A stretch of 64,000 nt of DNA from Neophaeotheca triangularis (lineage: Eukaryota). The position numbers and the translations under genes were made by a program. Shown here one piece after another: positions 1 to 12,377 of the stretch. The notes below the pieces were generated by a model that saw nothing but the letters and a program-made list of their open reading frames with translations, was not told the DNA's origin and did no database searches. The stretch lies in assembly GCA_054600435.1 (NCBI GenBank), contig BAAIJX010000035.1:124001-188000 (forward strand), read 5' to 3'. Position 1 is the stretch's first letter. Each line of letters starts with the position of its first letter.

Positions 1-421
1 GCCTGCAGTGCCTGCGAGATGGTCGGGTTGTAGCTGGAATCGTTCGTGTACGCCCAATAGTTGATCATGCCGCCCCAGATTGCGCCGGCCTCCCTGTGGA
101 ACAATCAATATTTGCCATGGGGCAGGACTGTATTGAGTCGACTTGCCACCAGTAGTGTGGGCTGGGAAAGGTCCCGATGGCCGATGCAGGTGTATCCGAG
201 CCGTTGTTCTGGTACCAAGACATGAGGTTAAAAGCAAGTGCGGCGGAAGCATCCTTGATCGAAGCTTCAGAAACATGTCAGTATGTCAGTACGAGTACCT
301 ATCCAAGGTCCTTCGGGTATCTGATGTTCGAACCGGTAGAGTTCACGTCCAGCTCAACCGCATTGACGACATGCAGACCAGCTGCTGTCGCAGCCAAGAT
401 GAGATTGAAAGAGCGCATCAT
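1..421 (-). CDS. GH76 alpha-1,6-mannanase/transglycosylase (Dfg5/Dcw1 family), 5' part; exons 421-334, 264-147, 93-<1
   Basis: Manual splicing gives a signal peptide MMRSFNLILAATAAGLHVVNAVELDVNST, then ASIKDASAALAFNLMSWY...PHYWWEAGAIWGGMINYWAYTNDSSYN, containing the family YWWEAG motif. Introns 265-333 and 94-146 (GC-AG). Confidence 0.85.
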
Positions 422-1311
422 GATGCATGGGAGGCGTGGCGGAGTGTGTCAGTCGTGAGGTGAGGAAAGTGATTGAGCGAGGGGGTGTCGTGAACGTTCG
501 CGGCCTCGGACAGATGAGGTTGTAAATGGACCTGTTGATCGCCCCCCGGAGCCAGGATACCTGGTACTGATACTGAAGTCACAAAAGTGGAAGTGTCGAC
601 GTAGGCCGAGCAATCACTGGCACCCTCCACTCCCATCCTTCCCTCTCACACAAGCCAAGCAGCGAAAGCGGGTTTCAAGCGCCTGCCGTGTAATACGAAT
701 AATACTTACGGTACTAGTAGGTAGTTAATGTAGGTACCAGTCACTCAACAGACAGCGCACTGGCTCTATGCAAGAACAAAGGGAGATAGAACGTAGAAGA
801 ACATGAACCCAACACCACAAGGTTTACGGTAGGTCAAGGGTTTGGGCTGTAAAGGGAACATGTTGGTTTTGGGTTTCGTATGCCTATTCTTCCTACCTAC
901 TTGACGTAGTAGGTGCATTATAAATAGCTGTGCCCGACGACACTATTCAGTAACTCCTTACGTTGCTCAGTTGCTCATAGAGGTCAAGGTGAAGAGAAGG
1001 TGTTGATCGGCCTTTGCAAACCATACATCTTACATACTCGCGACTTCGCTGATCTATGTCTCCCCCTGTTGACTTTCGCCACTGCTCATTTGTGTGGGTG
1101 ACAGTCCCACTACCTCTTGCGTTGTGCGCGCCACGTGAAGCATCGCCGTCTCAGCACTGTCCAACGTGCCACGGCAGGAAGACTCACACCTCTGCAGTGC
1201 TCGCTCCTTTCCGAGAATACAGCGATTAGCGGCGGTGGCGTGCTTGCCCTGAACTTCTTCGTCGTGAGCACTACCTTGTCTGCTTCAACATTTTCCTAGC
1301 CATCAACTCAT

Positions 1312-3618
1312 CTAGCTATTGGAAGGCACCGTACTTCCTGTCCCTTCACCTCCCTCCTCAGGCTTCTTCCCGCCCGGACCATTGAACGGCGGAATTTCGA
1401 AGGGGGGAGGCAAGACGTTCTCCCCATCTTCGCCGTCCGGCATCTTCATCTGGGTGCTCGGGTCAACCTTGATGAGCGAGTCAGGTAGCTTCTCGCCCTT
1501 GACAGCCTTTTCAATCTCATCGCGAGTCAATGTCTCATACTCCACCAATGCTTTAGCCAAGCGATCTAGCCCTTCTCTGTTCTCAGTCAACAGCGCAACT
1601 GCTCGTTTTCGTCCGTCCTCGACCATACGTCGGACTTCGTTTTCGATCTGTTGCTTCGTCTCGCTTGAAAGTCGTCCGTACTCGTTGGCTAAGTCAACGT
1701 TACCGAGTTTGTCGCTCATGCCTGCCCTCGTGACCATGTAGTAGGCAACATTGGTAGCATTCGTGATATCGCTGCTTGCACCAGTGGTGACATAATCGGG
1801 ACCGTACACAAGCTCTTCCGCAACCTTGCCTCCCATTGCCATGTCGATACGCGCCTGAAGCTCTCGCTTGCTCTCGGAGACCTTGTCGAGTTCTGGCAAG
1901 AAAGAAGTAATTCCGAGAGCATGGCCGCGAGGCATGATTGTCGCCTTGTAGAGAGGCGTTGAAGCTTCAGTAAGCAGAGCGACGAGGGCATGGCCTCCTT
2001 CGTGGTAAGCGGTCATAATCTTGTCCTTTTGCTGAATCACTGCGCTCTTGCGCTCCGCACCCATCATAATCTTGTCCTTGGCCCAGACCAAGTCTTTGAG
2101 ACCAACGTTGCTCTTCTTTTCCTTTGAAGCGTGAGTTGCAGCTTGGTTGACGACGTTTTCCAGTTCGGCACCAGAGAAGCCAGCGCATCCGCGTGCAATT
2201 TCCCCGGCGTCGACCTCTGGGTCAATCTTGATGTTGCGTAAATGATGCTTAAGAATGGCAATACGGCCGCGAGTGTCGGGCAAAGGTACGTTCACGTTGC
2301 GATCGAAACGACCAGGGCGGGTGAGTGCCTTGTCCAACGATTGAGGGAAGTTGGTTGCGCCAATGACGATTACACCTGAGCTTTGATCAAAGCCATCAAG
2401 TTCAGTCAAAAGTTGGTTGAGGGTTTGTTTGGCGTATGCGGCGTCGCGCTCATGCCTCTTGCTTCCTATAGCATCCAGTTCGTCAATGAAAATGATGGCC
2501 GGGCTCTTGCCGCGAGCGGCTTGGAACAGGTCGCGAACACGTTTCGCACCGACACCCACGTATACTTCGTCGAATTCAGAGCCAGACATGTAGAAGTACG
2601 GCACTCCGGCTTCACCAGCAACGGCGCGGGCCAGAAGCGTCTTCCCAGTACCAGGTGGACCAACCAAGAGAACACCCTTTGGCAGCTTGCCGCCTAGAGT
2701 GTTGAATTTGTCCGGTGCCTTGAGAAACTCCACAAGCTCTTGCAACTCTTCCTTTGCTTCGTCGCAACCGTGAACGTCGGAGAATCTAGTATTTTGCAAT
2801 TCGGGCTTTGCTTCCGCATTCTGCCCACCGCCGACCTTTTTCAAGACGCCAGTGGCCTCGACCATGAGCGTGAAGACAACCAAGAGACCGTAGGTGACCA
2901 GACCGAAGATCAAGAGGAACTTGAACCACTTGAAGATGGTAGAGCCCCAGCTTTCATCAACTACAACGTAGAGCGGCTCAGTCTTTCCGCCTGAGCCTTG
3001 CCTAGAGACGCTAACGTTGCCTCCCTGATTCCTTGCTGATACGGCTTGTCCAACCGCTTGCAGTTGTTCGTTGCTCATACCGCTGCCCTGCCTCCTTCCA
3101 GCCATGCCACCGAGAGATCCTGTTTCTGATGCACCAATGCGCTCCAGAGCCCTGGTATAGGCGTTCTCGCATGCGTGACTGGAAGCGTAGCGGCCGGTTT
3201 CGTAGCGCTCGACGAGGATATCAGGCATGCCTGAGCGGAGCAGAGCCTGGTAGAAAGCGTTTTGCGCCGTTGCGCTGCCAGGGTGATTGTTCGCGGTCTG
3301 TTCCATTTGTGCTAGCTGGTTGCGGTTGCTAGTGGAGCCCCATGTTGATCCAAAGAGGGTTCGCTGTTGCGTCAAGCCGACTATGCTCGTCCTCGCGGGG
3401 AGAGGATACGAGGAAGGACGTTTGGTAAGAGCGTTTCCGAAGTGAGAGACTGAAGCCCCTTCCTGACCTTTTGCGAAGCGGGAGTGTAAGCATCGCGTCT
3501 GCATTGCCTTTGCACCCTCATTCCTCCACGTATTTCTGAATAGGGCGCTCGCGCTCGGCCAAGACTCAGCGGTCAGAGAGCCCATCTGGCGCATAGTGGT
3601 GGGTGCCCTGAAGGCCAT
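1312..3618 (-). CDS. YME1: Mitochondrial i-AAA protease Yme1 (FtsH family)
   Basis: Walker A GPPGTGKT, Walker [21 protein letters not shown], zinc motif HEGGH, one TM helix, and an Arg/Ser-rich presequence from ATG 3618. Confidence 0.95.
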   Translation of the reverse strand: MAFRAPTTMRQMGSLTAESWPSASALFRNTWRNEGAKAMQTRCLHSRFAKGQEGASVSHFGNALTKRPSSYPLPARTSIVGLTQQRTLFGSTWGSTSNRNQLAQMEQTANNHPGSATAQNAFYQALLRSGMPDILVERYETGRYASSHACENAYTRALERIGASETGSLGGMAGRRQGSGMSNEQLQAVGQAVSARNQGGNVSVSRQGSGGKTEPLYVVVDESWGSTIFKWFKFLLIFGLVTYGLLVVFTLMVEATGVLKKVGGGQNAEAKPELQNTRFSDVHGCDEAKEELQELVEFLKAPDKFNTLGGKLPKGVLLVGPPGTGKTLLARAVAGEAGVPYFYMSGSEFDEVYVGVGAKRVRDLFQAARGKSPAIIFIDELDAIGSKRHERDAAYAKQTLNQLLTELDGFDQSSGVIVIGATNFPQSLDKALTRPGRFDRNVNVPLPDTRGRIAILKHHLRNIKIDPEVDAGEIARGCAGFSGAELENVVNQAATHASKEKKSNVGLKDLVWAKDKIMMGAERKSAVIQQKDKIMTAYHEGGHALVALLTEASTPLYKATIMPRGHALGITSFLPELDKVSESKRELQARIDMAMGGKVAEELVYGPDYVTTGASSDITNATNVAYYMVTRAGMSDKLGNVDLANEYGRLSSETKQQIENEVRRMVEDGRKRAVALLTENREGLDRLAKALVEYETLTRDEIEKAVKGEKLPDSLIKVDPSTQMKMPDGEDGENVLPPPFEIPPFNGPGGKKPEEGGEGTGSTVPSNS

Positions 3619-4359
3619 GGTGTCGTTGGTAGTTGCGGCCGCGCCGCTCTTCAAAGAAAGGGGAACGCAGTCAAACGAAAGGACAAATGAGAGGCTTTAT
3701 TAAAGATGATAGGAGTGCAGCAACGTCCTGGCGACGGCAGCAGGGCGGAGGGAGAGGATGGTGAGAGGGGTGGAGGAGAGGTGGTGGAAGCGGTGACCTT
3801 CTATGGCCTTCTGGAGCCGGGCTGAGGTGTCACCTCAGTCGATGTTCGGCGGCGAAACACTCGAAAGCGTCATGCGGACTCGGGCTTGGCGTTGCTCTGT
3901 CGCCGCCGACGGGACCACTCACGACGACTCCGCTGCCACTACTGCCACTGCCACTCGCACCACGCGCAGCAGCTGGAGATGAATAGGAGGTTGTACTACT
4001 AATATATAAACTCATCCTTCACTCACCTCACACTCGTTGTCTTCGTCGTCTAGCCCTTTGAAAGAATGGCAGCAGGGAACATATTGTAGACACGGCATGG
4101 TCCCTCCTCCCTCCTGATTCCTGAATGGTAGTTTGAAGGCACCTGCAGTTATATCGACTACAGCATTTTCTTGCCGCATCCGGCTTTCGCTGCAGGTGAG
4201 CTTCAAAACACTTTCCCCTTGCTTTTTACCTCTTTTTGTCGCGGCATAGCGTACCTGGACGTTGGAAGCGAATTACGGGCGGCGAGCACCCAATCAGTGC
4301 AGAACGAACAACAATACTAAGGTGTTCCCCCTTTGGCTGAAAGACGTCTGCCACATTCC

Positions 4360-5970
4360 ATGCCACCACGCTTTGTCGCCGGCAAACGTCGACCAAAAGT
4401 TCTCTTTAGACATGATCTAAACGGCAACATGGCCCCACCGCAAAGTGATCCGGAAGACACTCTTGACGAGCTCCTTCAAAACAAAGATCGCATAGAGGAA
4501 ATATCAGACAGCTCCCAAAGCGATCCTCCACCACAACCTCAGAAGCCCGCAAAATCGACAACTGTGAGGCTTGAGGATCCATACGCATACTACGGAGTGG
4601 GAGTGCCCTTTGCACCTCGACCAATATCAAGGATGACCCAAGATCCACTACCACCATGGCTGGCTGTACCAAGCTTCGATCTCTTTCCGCTCGATCATCT
4701 TGAGACGCCAACCACAGAAGCGCAACAAAAGACGCTGAACGAGTGCATGCCTTTGCTTACAGGCAAAGACACGCAGTCACTTCCTCTGAACAGCCATTGC
4801 TTGCCTCACCTCAGACGCGACGCGCACATTGCTTTTCTCAAAAACACACTGGGTCCGCTACCGGAGCAGTATGAAGTTGGCGATGCCAGTAGGCCTTGGT
4901 TCTTCTACTGGGCCTTGTCGGGGTTGAGCTTGCTCGGCGAAGATGTCTCTTCATATCGCGAACGTTTGATGCAGACTGTACGTCCTCTGCAAAACGCCAC
5001 CGGCGGGTTTGGAGGGGGACACGGGCAGATGTCACACTGCGCTGCAACCTATGCGACAGTTCTGGCATTGGCTATTGTTGACGGGCTAGAGATGGTAGAT
5101 CGGCGTGCAATGTGGACCTGGCTGGGAAGAGTCAAGCAAGCAGATGGCGGCTTTCGTATGGCGATTGGTGCGGAGGAAGACGTGCGCGGAGCCTACTGCG
5201 CGCTCACCGCTATTTCTCTGTTGAACTTACCACTTCAGTTGCCGCCCGACGCACTCGCCCGCGAAGCTGGTTTGACAAGCTTCCTCGACGGACTCGGTGA
5301 CTGGGTCGGCGCCTGTCAGACCTTCGAAGGAGGCATTGCTGGAGCCCCGACCAATGAAGCCCACGGCGCCTACGCCTTCTGTGCCCTCGCCTGCTTGAGC
5401 ATTCTAGATGCACCTCACATTTCCATACCGAAGTACCTCAACATCACAACTCTAACGCATTGCCTCGCGAGCCTGCAAACAGCACCTGAGGGAGGCTTTG
5501 CCGGCCGAACGAACAAGCTAGTGGACTCCTGCTACAGTCACTGGGTGGGCGGTTGCTGGTCATTGTTGCAAGCGGCTCAGCCCACCCAACATCAAGAGCC
5601 CACGCCTGATCTCTGGAATCGCGAAGCGTTGGTTCGGTACCTTCTCACGTGTTGCCAACAGCCAGGAAAAAAAGGCGGAATGCGAGACAAGCCATCCACC
5701 AGGCCCGACGGCTATCATACAAACTACTCGCTGTGTGGCCTATCGGCTGCGCAGAACAAGTTTGTCTTCGACGAAGAGAGTTGGCGAGCGGAAGATCGTG
5801 CGCTCAGTGCCCCTTTCTTTTGGAGTGGCGATGGGCCCAACAATGCGACAATGAAGGAGCTGAAGATCGATCAGGAAGACCGAGTTGCGCCAGTACACCC
5901 CGTTTTTGTTCTGCCCTTGGGCGCGGTACAGAAAGCTCGAAAGAGATTCGCGAAGGCCGGCGCATTTTGA
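4360..5970 (+). CDS. RAM1: Protein farnesyltransferase beta subunit
   Basis: Prenyltransferase repeats DASRPW, GGFGGGHGQMSH, EEDVRGAYCA, EAHGAYAFC, GRTNKLVDSCYSHW (zinc DxC) and GGMRDKP..DGYHT. Confidence 0.92.
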   Translation: MPPRFVAGKRRPKVLFRHDLNGNMAPPQSDPEDTLDELLQNKDRIEEISDSSQSDPPPQPQKPAKSTTVRLEDPYAYYGVGVPFAPRPISRMTQDPLPPWLAVPSFDLFPLDHLETPTTEAQQKTLNECMPLLTGKDTQSLPLNSHCLPHLRRDAHIAFLKNTLGPLPEQYEVGDASRPWFFYWALSGLSLLGEDVSSYRERLMQTVRPLQNATGGFGGGHGQMSHCAATYATVLALAIVDGLEMVDRRAMWTWLGRVKQADGGFRMAIGAEEDVRGAYCALTAISLLNLPLQLPPDALAREAGLTSFLDGLGDWVGACQTFEGGIAGAPTNEAHGAYAFCALACLSILDAPHISIPKYLNITTLTHCLASLQTAPEGGFAGRTNKLVDSCYSHWVGGCWSLLQAAQPTQHQEPTPDLWNREALVRYLLTCCQQPGKKGGMRDKPSTRPDGYHTNYSLCGLSAAQNKFVFDEESWRAEDRALSAPFFWSGDGPNNATMKELKIDQEDRVAPVHPVFVLPLGAVQKARKRFAKAGAF

Positions 5971-6635
5971 AGGGCGCAAAGTCGAGGCAGGATCCGGTGA
6001 GAGTGCAGTCGGATGGACGAAGAGCGGGATAAGATATACCCCTTGTCCTGAAGACGCCTTGACTAGGCTAGGTTTCAGTAGAATTATTATCTGTTGCTTA
6101 CTAGATGTTTTGTAGTGAGAGGCCGCCTAGATGGCTCACAGAAGTCTGCACAGGTACCTGTCCTAAGGTAACTTCTAAAGATCACAGCCCATCAGTATTG
6201 CCACGCTCTACCCCACAGATCGATCGATATCTCCGATTCATCACTTTGGGCCACCCCGCCTTTGGTAACTTAGTTCTCCAAAACATCATCATCCGCCACC
6301 ACGTCGTGCACATGAACAGCCGTAGACGCTCGTGACGTGTCTCGCCTTCTCAGCGAATGTGGAGCAAGATAATCCCTCAAGAGGTACGGCACCATGATTT
6401 CCGAGCAGCTTAGATGGACACGTCCACCAGCCAATGGGCGAGGTCGTGAGGTAATCGATCTTTGAGATACAGACGACTGGAACTTTTCTACAGTCACATG
6501 GTAGGTCAAGTAGGAGTTTAAGGGAAGTTTGTTTCCTCCCTGCTTTGTTCTCACTCACATCATATCACCCTGTATCGACATCCCTCGTTCAAGACTCAAC
6601 AACAACGAATATTCGCAATCTATAGAGCAGCAGAA

Positions 6636-7318
6636 ATGCCCGAGACCATCTCTGAAGCCATTGGCGCCGATCACAAGGCCTTTGACATTCTCTACGACCG
6701 CATCAAGGCCACCAACGACGAGGCTGAGAAGGTGCAATGGCGCAATCAGCTAACCTGGACAATCGCCCGCCACGCCATTAGTGAGGAGCTAACCCTCTAC
6801 CCTGCCATGGAGAAGCACCTAGGGGAAGAGGGCGTGAAGCTCAGCAAGACAGACTTTGAGCAGCATCAAGCGGTACGCCTGTCCACCACCTCTGCCCGAG
6901 CACTAAAAGCTCATCAATCTCCCCCAATGATTCACTGACCCAATCTCACCGCGAACAGGTCAAAAACGAACTCTCCGTCCTCCAAGACATGACGCCCGCC
7001 TCGCCCGATTTCCAGCCCAAACTAGACAGACTCATGGACCGCCTGCACCACCACATCGAGCACGAGACCGACGAAGACATGCCTCGACTCGAAGGCCTGC
7101 TGCCGCGCGACGAGTCTGAAGCCCTGGCGCGCTCGTTCCAACGCACAAAGGGTATCACGCCCACGAGAAGCCATCCCGCTGCGCCTACTGAGTATTATCT
7201 GGAGAACCTGGCGGGTTTATTGGCGGCGCCGATTGACAAGTTTCAGGACTGGCTGAGGGATTGGCCTAGTGAAGAGGATAGGAAGCAGGTGGGGAGGGAG
7301 GCGGGAATTAAATTGTAG
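6636..7318 (+). CDS. Hemerythrin/HHE cation-binding domain protein (198 aa; intron 6873-6958)
   Basis: DH, RHAISEE..LYP, EQH and HHIEHE motifs plus a C-terminal PTRSHP. A GTACGC...CTGAC...CAG intron joins the two ORFs in frame. Confidence 0.88.
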
Positions 7319-8232
7319 TTCGATAGGGTGCTCGTGTAGGGTGCTCGTTGGGAAGGATGGACGTAGTCAAGTGTCACGAATATCATGTATATAACGAGTG
7401 AAGAGCAAGCTTCCAACTCAGCAAGTATGTGGAAATTCTGCAATCATGGCGACAGGAAGCGAGGTTCAATCGCCAAGTTCAAGTTCTCGTGCTACATAAG
7501 TCGTTATGCTACAAACGGCGCGCACTTCACGTCTGCAGTCGTCATTCCTGTGGACAAGAACGCCAACAGCCAAGAAAGCCTACAGGCTCTCGTTATGAAC
7601 AAGCCATTCTGTCACTGAGCGTGCGAGAGCCAGCATCCCTAGAAAATCCAACCTATGCCGCCGTAGACGAGAGCGCCAACAACCGGGAGCTCGTCTAGGA
7701 GCTTCCGGTATACAAAATTCATTCTCATCCGGGACCAGGCAAGAGCAAAGGATGTCGTTTGCGCGATGCGCATAGCATTGGGTATGTTCTCCACGTCGGT
7801 TTCACACCCTGGTGGGGACGCAGCAGTATCTCCTCGCAATATTTTTTTTCTGGTCGTTCTCGGATATCTCGATGTCGTAACACCTCCAGCTTCTGCGCTT
7901 GCAAATGCACGTTCTACATGATCTTTGAAATCGCCGAGTCTAGAGCTAAATCGGCGGCGTAGTGATAACGTGCTTCGGGGTTCTTTTTCCCCAAAGTTTC
8001 AATTTTCCGTGTTGTGGAGTATCCAAGGTCCAGTTGGCGGTTCTCGGTAATGTCAGTCCGCCAGCGGAAGGAGAGGGCTGGTACTCTCGAATGAGTCGAT
8101 CTAGAAATCCCGTGTTTACCGGTACCTCGGCAGATCGTAGTGGTCAATAGGATTCGATCATTGCAAGTTGACTTCCAGAGCTAGGCAAGCAGTTCCTCGC
8201 TTACAGCTACGACACGGGGCCGGACTCGACTT

Positions 8233-9498
8233 TCACTGGCTCATGATAGCAAGTCGCTCCGTCTCATTCGAGATGAGCTGGCGACGCGCATACTGCACTT
8301 CATCGAGGGTCTTTGCAAGGTTGGCACACTTGCCAGCGACAGTGCGGATCTCTTCGCAAACATTGCCCTCCAAGACTACCTCAGCCTGCCTCGGCAGCCA
8401 GCGGAGAATGTCGAAAGCATTGGCATAGACAGTAGTGGTGCCATGGCTCCCACTGCCGTCGCCGGGCAGAGAGAAAGGCATGTGGATGACAAAGCGCTGC
8501 AAACCCCAGCAGTAGCGTAAGCCGAGGCGAATCACCTCAGCAAACTTCTCGAGAATATCGCCATGATTGACAATGGTGAGTTCGATGTGCTTGATCTGAC
8601 CGCGAGAACGCTGATGGAGGCGAGCCAAGGACGGTAAAGCAGACTGTAGTTCGAGATCGAATTTGTTGTCGGCGAAGAGTACACTGCGCGCTTCCTTGTA
8701 GACCTGCTTGCTGACGCAGAGGATGGCGGGTACCAGTGGGTCCTGATCTTGCGGCTTCGGGATTCGAGGCGGCGGAAGAGGTGTGTAGGAATTGGAATCG
8801 ATAGCATCCTGGCTGGCCCGATTGGCCTGAGCGCTTGAGCGGGTGACCCTCCTACCTGCGGTACCACCAGTGGATGTGCGCATGCGAGCTCTGACGGCGG
8901 CACGGATGGCATCTGAGTCGTTGGAGCCCACGGTCCTGGGCCCAGTGATGCGCGCCGTTCCTACAGCCATGATTCCGTTGACATCGTCGTCGCTCTCTAC
9001 CTCATCGCCATCGTTATCCACGGATGGGAGTGGTGGGCTTGATTTGGCAACAGGAGGGGCCGGTTCCTTGTGGAGCAGTATGTTGTAGGGCCGAGTGAGA
9101 CAGCAGCGGTAGATGTTGAGCCTGAGCTCGGCGGGCAAGTCCATCAAGCGAAACTTCTTCTCTGATGCGGAAGGCACCTCTGAATCTGGTGGGTTCTCTT
9201 TCATGGAAGAGCACTCAACTTGCACGCGGCCGGAAGCGTCGCTGGCTTGGGCTCGGATGGAGGTCTCGGCATTTGGAAGAATGTCGCCGATGGTATCCTC
9301 GCCAGGACCGTTGGCCACATTCGCACCGCTGAGCATGGCGCTTACAGCCTTGGAAGTGCTATCACCCGAAATTCGCGAAGTCACACCCGGATGTTTGCGA
9401 CTTCTTGGAGATGTCCTTCTTGATTTGGGAGGAGAGCCTTCGGCGTGGTCGGCAGGCATGGCAGCCTTGGGCCGTTTGCCGTATTGGTTACGAGGCAT
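8233..9498 (-). CDS. Hypothetical protein with F-box-like FRLMDLPAELRLNIY motif
   Basis: Long ORF. FxLxxLPxELRxxIY and AILxVSKQVYxEAxxVLFxxNxF motifs are typical of an expanded Pezizomycotina family. Start is uncertain. Confidence 0.7.
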   Translation of the reverse strand: MPRNQYGKRPKAAMPADHAEGSPPKSRRTSPRSRKHPGVTSRISGDSTSKAVSAMLSGANVANGPGEDTIGDILPNAETSIRAQASDASGRVQVECSSMKENPPDSEVPSASEKKFRLMDLPAELRLNIYRCCLTRPYNILLHKEPAPPVAKSSPPLPSVDNDGDEVESDDDVNGIMAVGTARITGPRTVGSNDSDAIRAAVRARMRTSTGGTAGRRVTRSSAQANRASQDAIDSNSYTPLPPPRIPKPQDQDPLVPAILCVSKQVYKEARSVLFADNKFDLELQSALPSLARLHQRSRGQIKHIELTIVNHGDILEKFAEVIRLGLRYCWGLQRFVIHMPFSLPGDGSGSHGTTTVYANAFDILRWLPRQAEVVLEGNVCEEIRTVAGKCANLAKTLDEVQYARRQLISNETERLAIMSQ

Positions 9499-10313
9499 GA
9501 TAGATTCAGTGGACAGAATGTATTGTGAAGTTAAACCGCGGTTGATATCCAGGAAACTTTGGATTTGCCGCGCTGTGGAGATGGTTCGTCGTGCGTGGGC
9601 TGGCCGGAAGATATGCTGCTGGTTTGTTGCCAAGGGTGGTGAGGATAGTGAAGAGAGCGAAGAGAAGCGAAGGGGGAGCGGACAGCAAGGTAAGTATTTG
9701 GTGGTATTGCGGATCGATTAGATTTTGCTTGCTATTGTCGCGAGGTTGAAGTACAGTGAGGTACTACCTAGTGGTTAGGTCAGGTCAGGTCAGGTCAGGT
9801 AGGTCACGTGGTAGATGTACATGGTATTGTCGTGACTGACGGGCCCGGGAGGCACGGGACTCGTCATGCCGACCAATCAGCGTGACGCTGTAACCACGAC
9901 GGCCTTTTGTGACTTGTCTTCCCTCTCCTACCTATAGATAGGTACATAACTTTGAGCTCAAAGTCTCAAAGGTCGGAGCATTAATTACTAGTATTTGTTC
10001 CATACTTTAATGACACGCTCCCTCGACGATTGTTTGCAGACCAAGGATCTCCCTCGTCGTTGGACCCCTGGCTACAGTATTGCTGCGTCTCTCCTCCAGT
10101 CCATTTTCCTATCTGATATCGCCCTTCCTTTATCGCACGCGGGGTTCTGGGCGGGACTACGTGGAGTATCATCCTTCTTGATCGATTTACCACTAACATA
10201 CCTTCTTCCTTCTTCCAGTGTAGACATGCGTGACTTTTGACCTCTTTCGCCCAACAAACACGAAGTAGGAGCCATCCTATCTATCATCCGTCGCGACAAG
10301 TTGAACTTGGACA

Positions 10314-11942
10314 ATGATTGCAACTCTAGCGACATGCGTGGTCGTAGGACTCCTCATGTATCGTCATATCGTCCAACCCGCCTTCATCTCGGTACTATCT
10401 AAACTCCCCGCAATCCACTGGACAGCCCATATCTCTCCGGCCTGGATCTTATATCGCCGCTGGAAGCTGGTTGATACTTTCGAGGTCCACAATGCCCACG
10501 AAAGGCTTGGTCCAATCGTCCGCCTGGGACCAAACGAAATCAGTGTCAACAGCGTTGAAGGTGGGATCCGAACGGTGTATTCTGGCGGCTACGAGAAAGG
10601 AGCATGGTACAGCAACGTGTTCTCAAATTACGGCGTCAGGCCCATGTTTGCCATGCCGGACAAGGAGCCTCATTCCAAGCGGAAAAGGATGTTGAGCAAC
10701 GTTTATGCCAAATCCACGCTACAAACCTCCAAGTCTCTCAAGCAGATCAGTAGCACGCTCCTTGGAGATCGCTTGTTGCCCCGGCTCGAGCGAGTAGCGA
10801 AGAATGGCGCTCCGATTGAGTCATACGACTTGTTCACATCTCTCGTCATGGACTTTGTCAATGCCTATGTATTCGGCTTGAAGAATGGCAGCGACTTCAT
10901 TCGTAATGAGCAGCGGTGCCACGACTTCCTGCGAGAGTACAAAGCGAGACAAAACTACACCTTCTGGCCGCAGGAGCTTCCCAACTTTACAAGCTTCGTG
11001 GAAAGGATTGGTTTTGGCCGGCCGCTCGTACCAGCTTTCGTTAAGAGGGCGAACAGAGACATCGAGGCATGGGTGCTCAGAATGTGCAACGCTGCCGAAC
11101 AAGGTATCGATGATGGAGAGGGAAAGCCCGAGGACTATCCTACTGTCTACGCTCAGCTGCGTACCTCCCTCCTCAAAGAGTCCAGCAAGAATTCCCTCGA
11201 TCACTCCGTCTCTGACTTGGTAACGCGACATCGCCTCGACCTAGCGACGGAATGCCTAGACCACGTCATGGCGGGAATGGACAGTATTTCACCCTGTAGT
11301 ACCAGCGTCTCTGAAGAAGGCCATGCTAACACCAACTCAGCCAGTGGCACCACGCTTACCTATGTAGCTTGGGAGCTCTCCCGTAACATAACTTGGCAGA
11401 CTGCGTTGCGGGAAGAGGTCGCAGCGACAGACAATCTGGACGCGAAGACCTTAGACACGCTTCCGACCCTTCACGCAATTCTGATGGAGACCCTGCGCCT
11501 ACACGCCGCCATTCCAGGCAACCAGCCCCGCATCACACCTGCTTCCGCAACTCTGGGGGCGCCCGGCCACTCTATTAACGAGATCCCTTCCGGCGTGCGC
11601 GTCAATGCGCAAGCGTGGAGCCTCCACCGCAACCCCTCGGTCTTCCCTAACCCTGAAATTTGGGACCCTAGCCGCTGGCTCGACGCTACCGAAGAGCAAA
11701 GCAAAGAAATGTCGAGATGGTTCTGGGCCTTTGGTAGCGGAGGGCGCATGTGTGTCGGCTCCAACCTAGCTATGCAGGAGATGAAAGCGATCATCGTCAC
11801 GATCTGGGCTAAATTCAGCACAGAGGTTACCGAGGGCGGTGATAGAGGTATGGCTCATAATGGCGGATACACTGCTGAGCCTGTTGGTTTTGGAGCTAAG
11901 GGTGAGAAGGAGTATCTTATGTTGAGTTTCAAGGAACTTTAG
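10314..11942 (+). CDS. Cytochrome P450 monooxygenase (about 523 aa after removing intron 11284-11340)
   Basis: N-terminal TM, GPIVRLGPNEISV, I-helix AGMDTSGT (after splicing), ETLR, PSRW, and heme motif FGSGGRMCVG. Confidence 0.95.
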   Translation: MIATLATCVVVGLLMYRHIVQPAFISVLSKLPAIHWTAHISPAWILYRRWKLVDTFEVHNAHERLGPIVRLGPNEISVNSVEGGIRTVYSGGYEKGAWYSNVFSNYGVRPMFAMPDKEPHSKRKRMLSNVYAKSTLQTSKSLKQISSTLLGDRLLPRLERVAKNGAPIESYDLFTSLVMDFVNAYVFGLKNGSDFIRNEQRCHDFLREYKARQNYTFWPQELPNFTSFVERIGFGRPLVPAFVKRANRDIEAWVLRMCNAAEQGIDDGEGKPEDYPTVYAQLRTSLLKESSKNSLDHSVSDLVTRHRLDLATECLDHVMAGMDSISPCSTSVSEEGHANTNSASGTTLTYVAWELSRNITWQTALREEVAATDNLDAKTLDTLPTLHAILMETLRLHAAIPGNQPRITPASATLGAPGHSINEIPSGVRVNAQAWSLHRNPSVFPNPEIWDPSRWLDATEEQSKEMSRWFWAFGSGGRMCVGSNLAMQEMKAIIVTIWAKFSTEVTEGGDRGMAHNGGYTAEPVGFGAKGEKEYLMLSFKEL

Positions 11943-12377
11943 GTCTATGATTCTACCCTCAGCCTTCTTCGATAAGAATCAGTAACGAATGGTTTGGTGG
12001 TATGCCACCTTTCCAACTCCTGGGCACGAGGTACTTCAGCCGCCAAATCGAGACTTGAATGTCGAAAGCGTGACCAGCCCTGATCAGGGCGTAGTAAGTA
12101 AGGCTGAGCGTCTCTCCTGTCCTGTGACTCCGGGAGAAGGGTTGCCAGAAGGACCGCTTCGTGAATCACATAAGCAGTGCCTCCCGGAGACTCGGAGAGA
12201 TGCTCCTCTGCTGTGGTGCGGTCACCTCTGACCACAAGCTGCGCAATCGATCAGCTCGGTGGACTATGTCTTTTCAGCAAGAGCTCCGGCTCCATAGCTC
12301 GTTTTTTCCGTCCCGGGGTTTAGTACAGCTGCGATGTCGCATGCCAGATACCATCCTCCAGCGACCGAAATCATGCT

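Noticed and set aside
7300..7330. Peroxisomal signal or stop-codon readthrough on the hemerythrin-like protein (ends IKL)
   Set aside because: IKL is not a canonical PTS1 and there is no TGA-CTA readthrough context.
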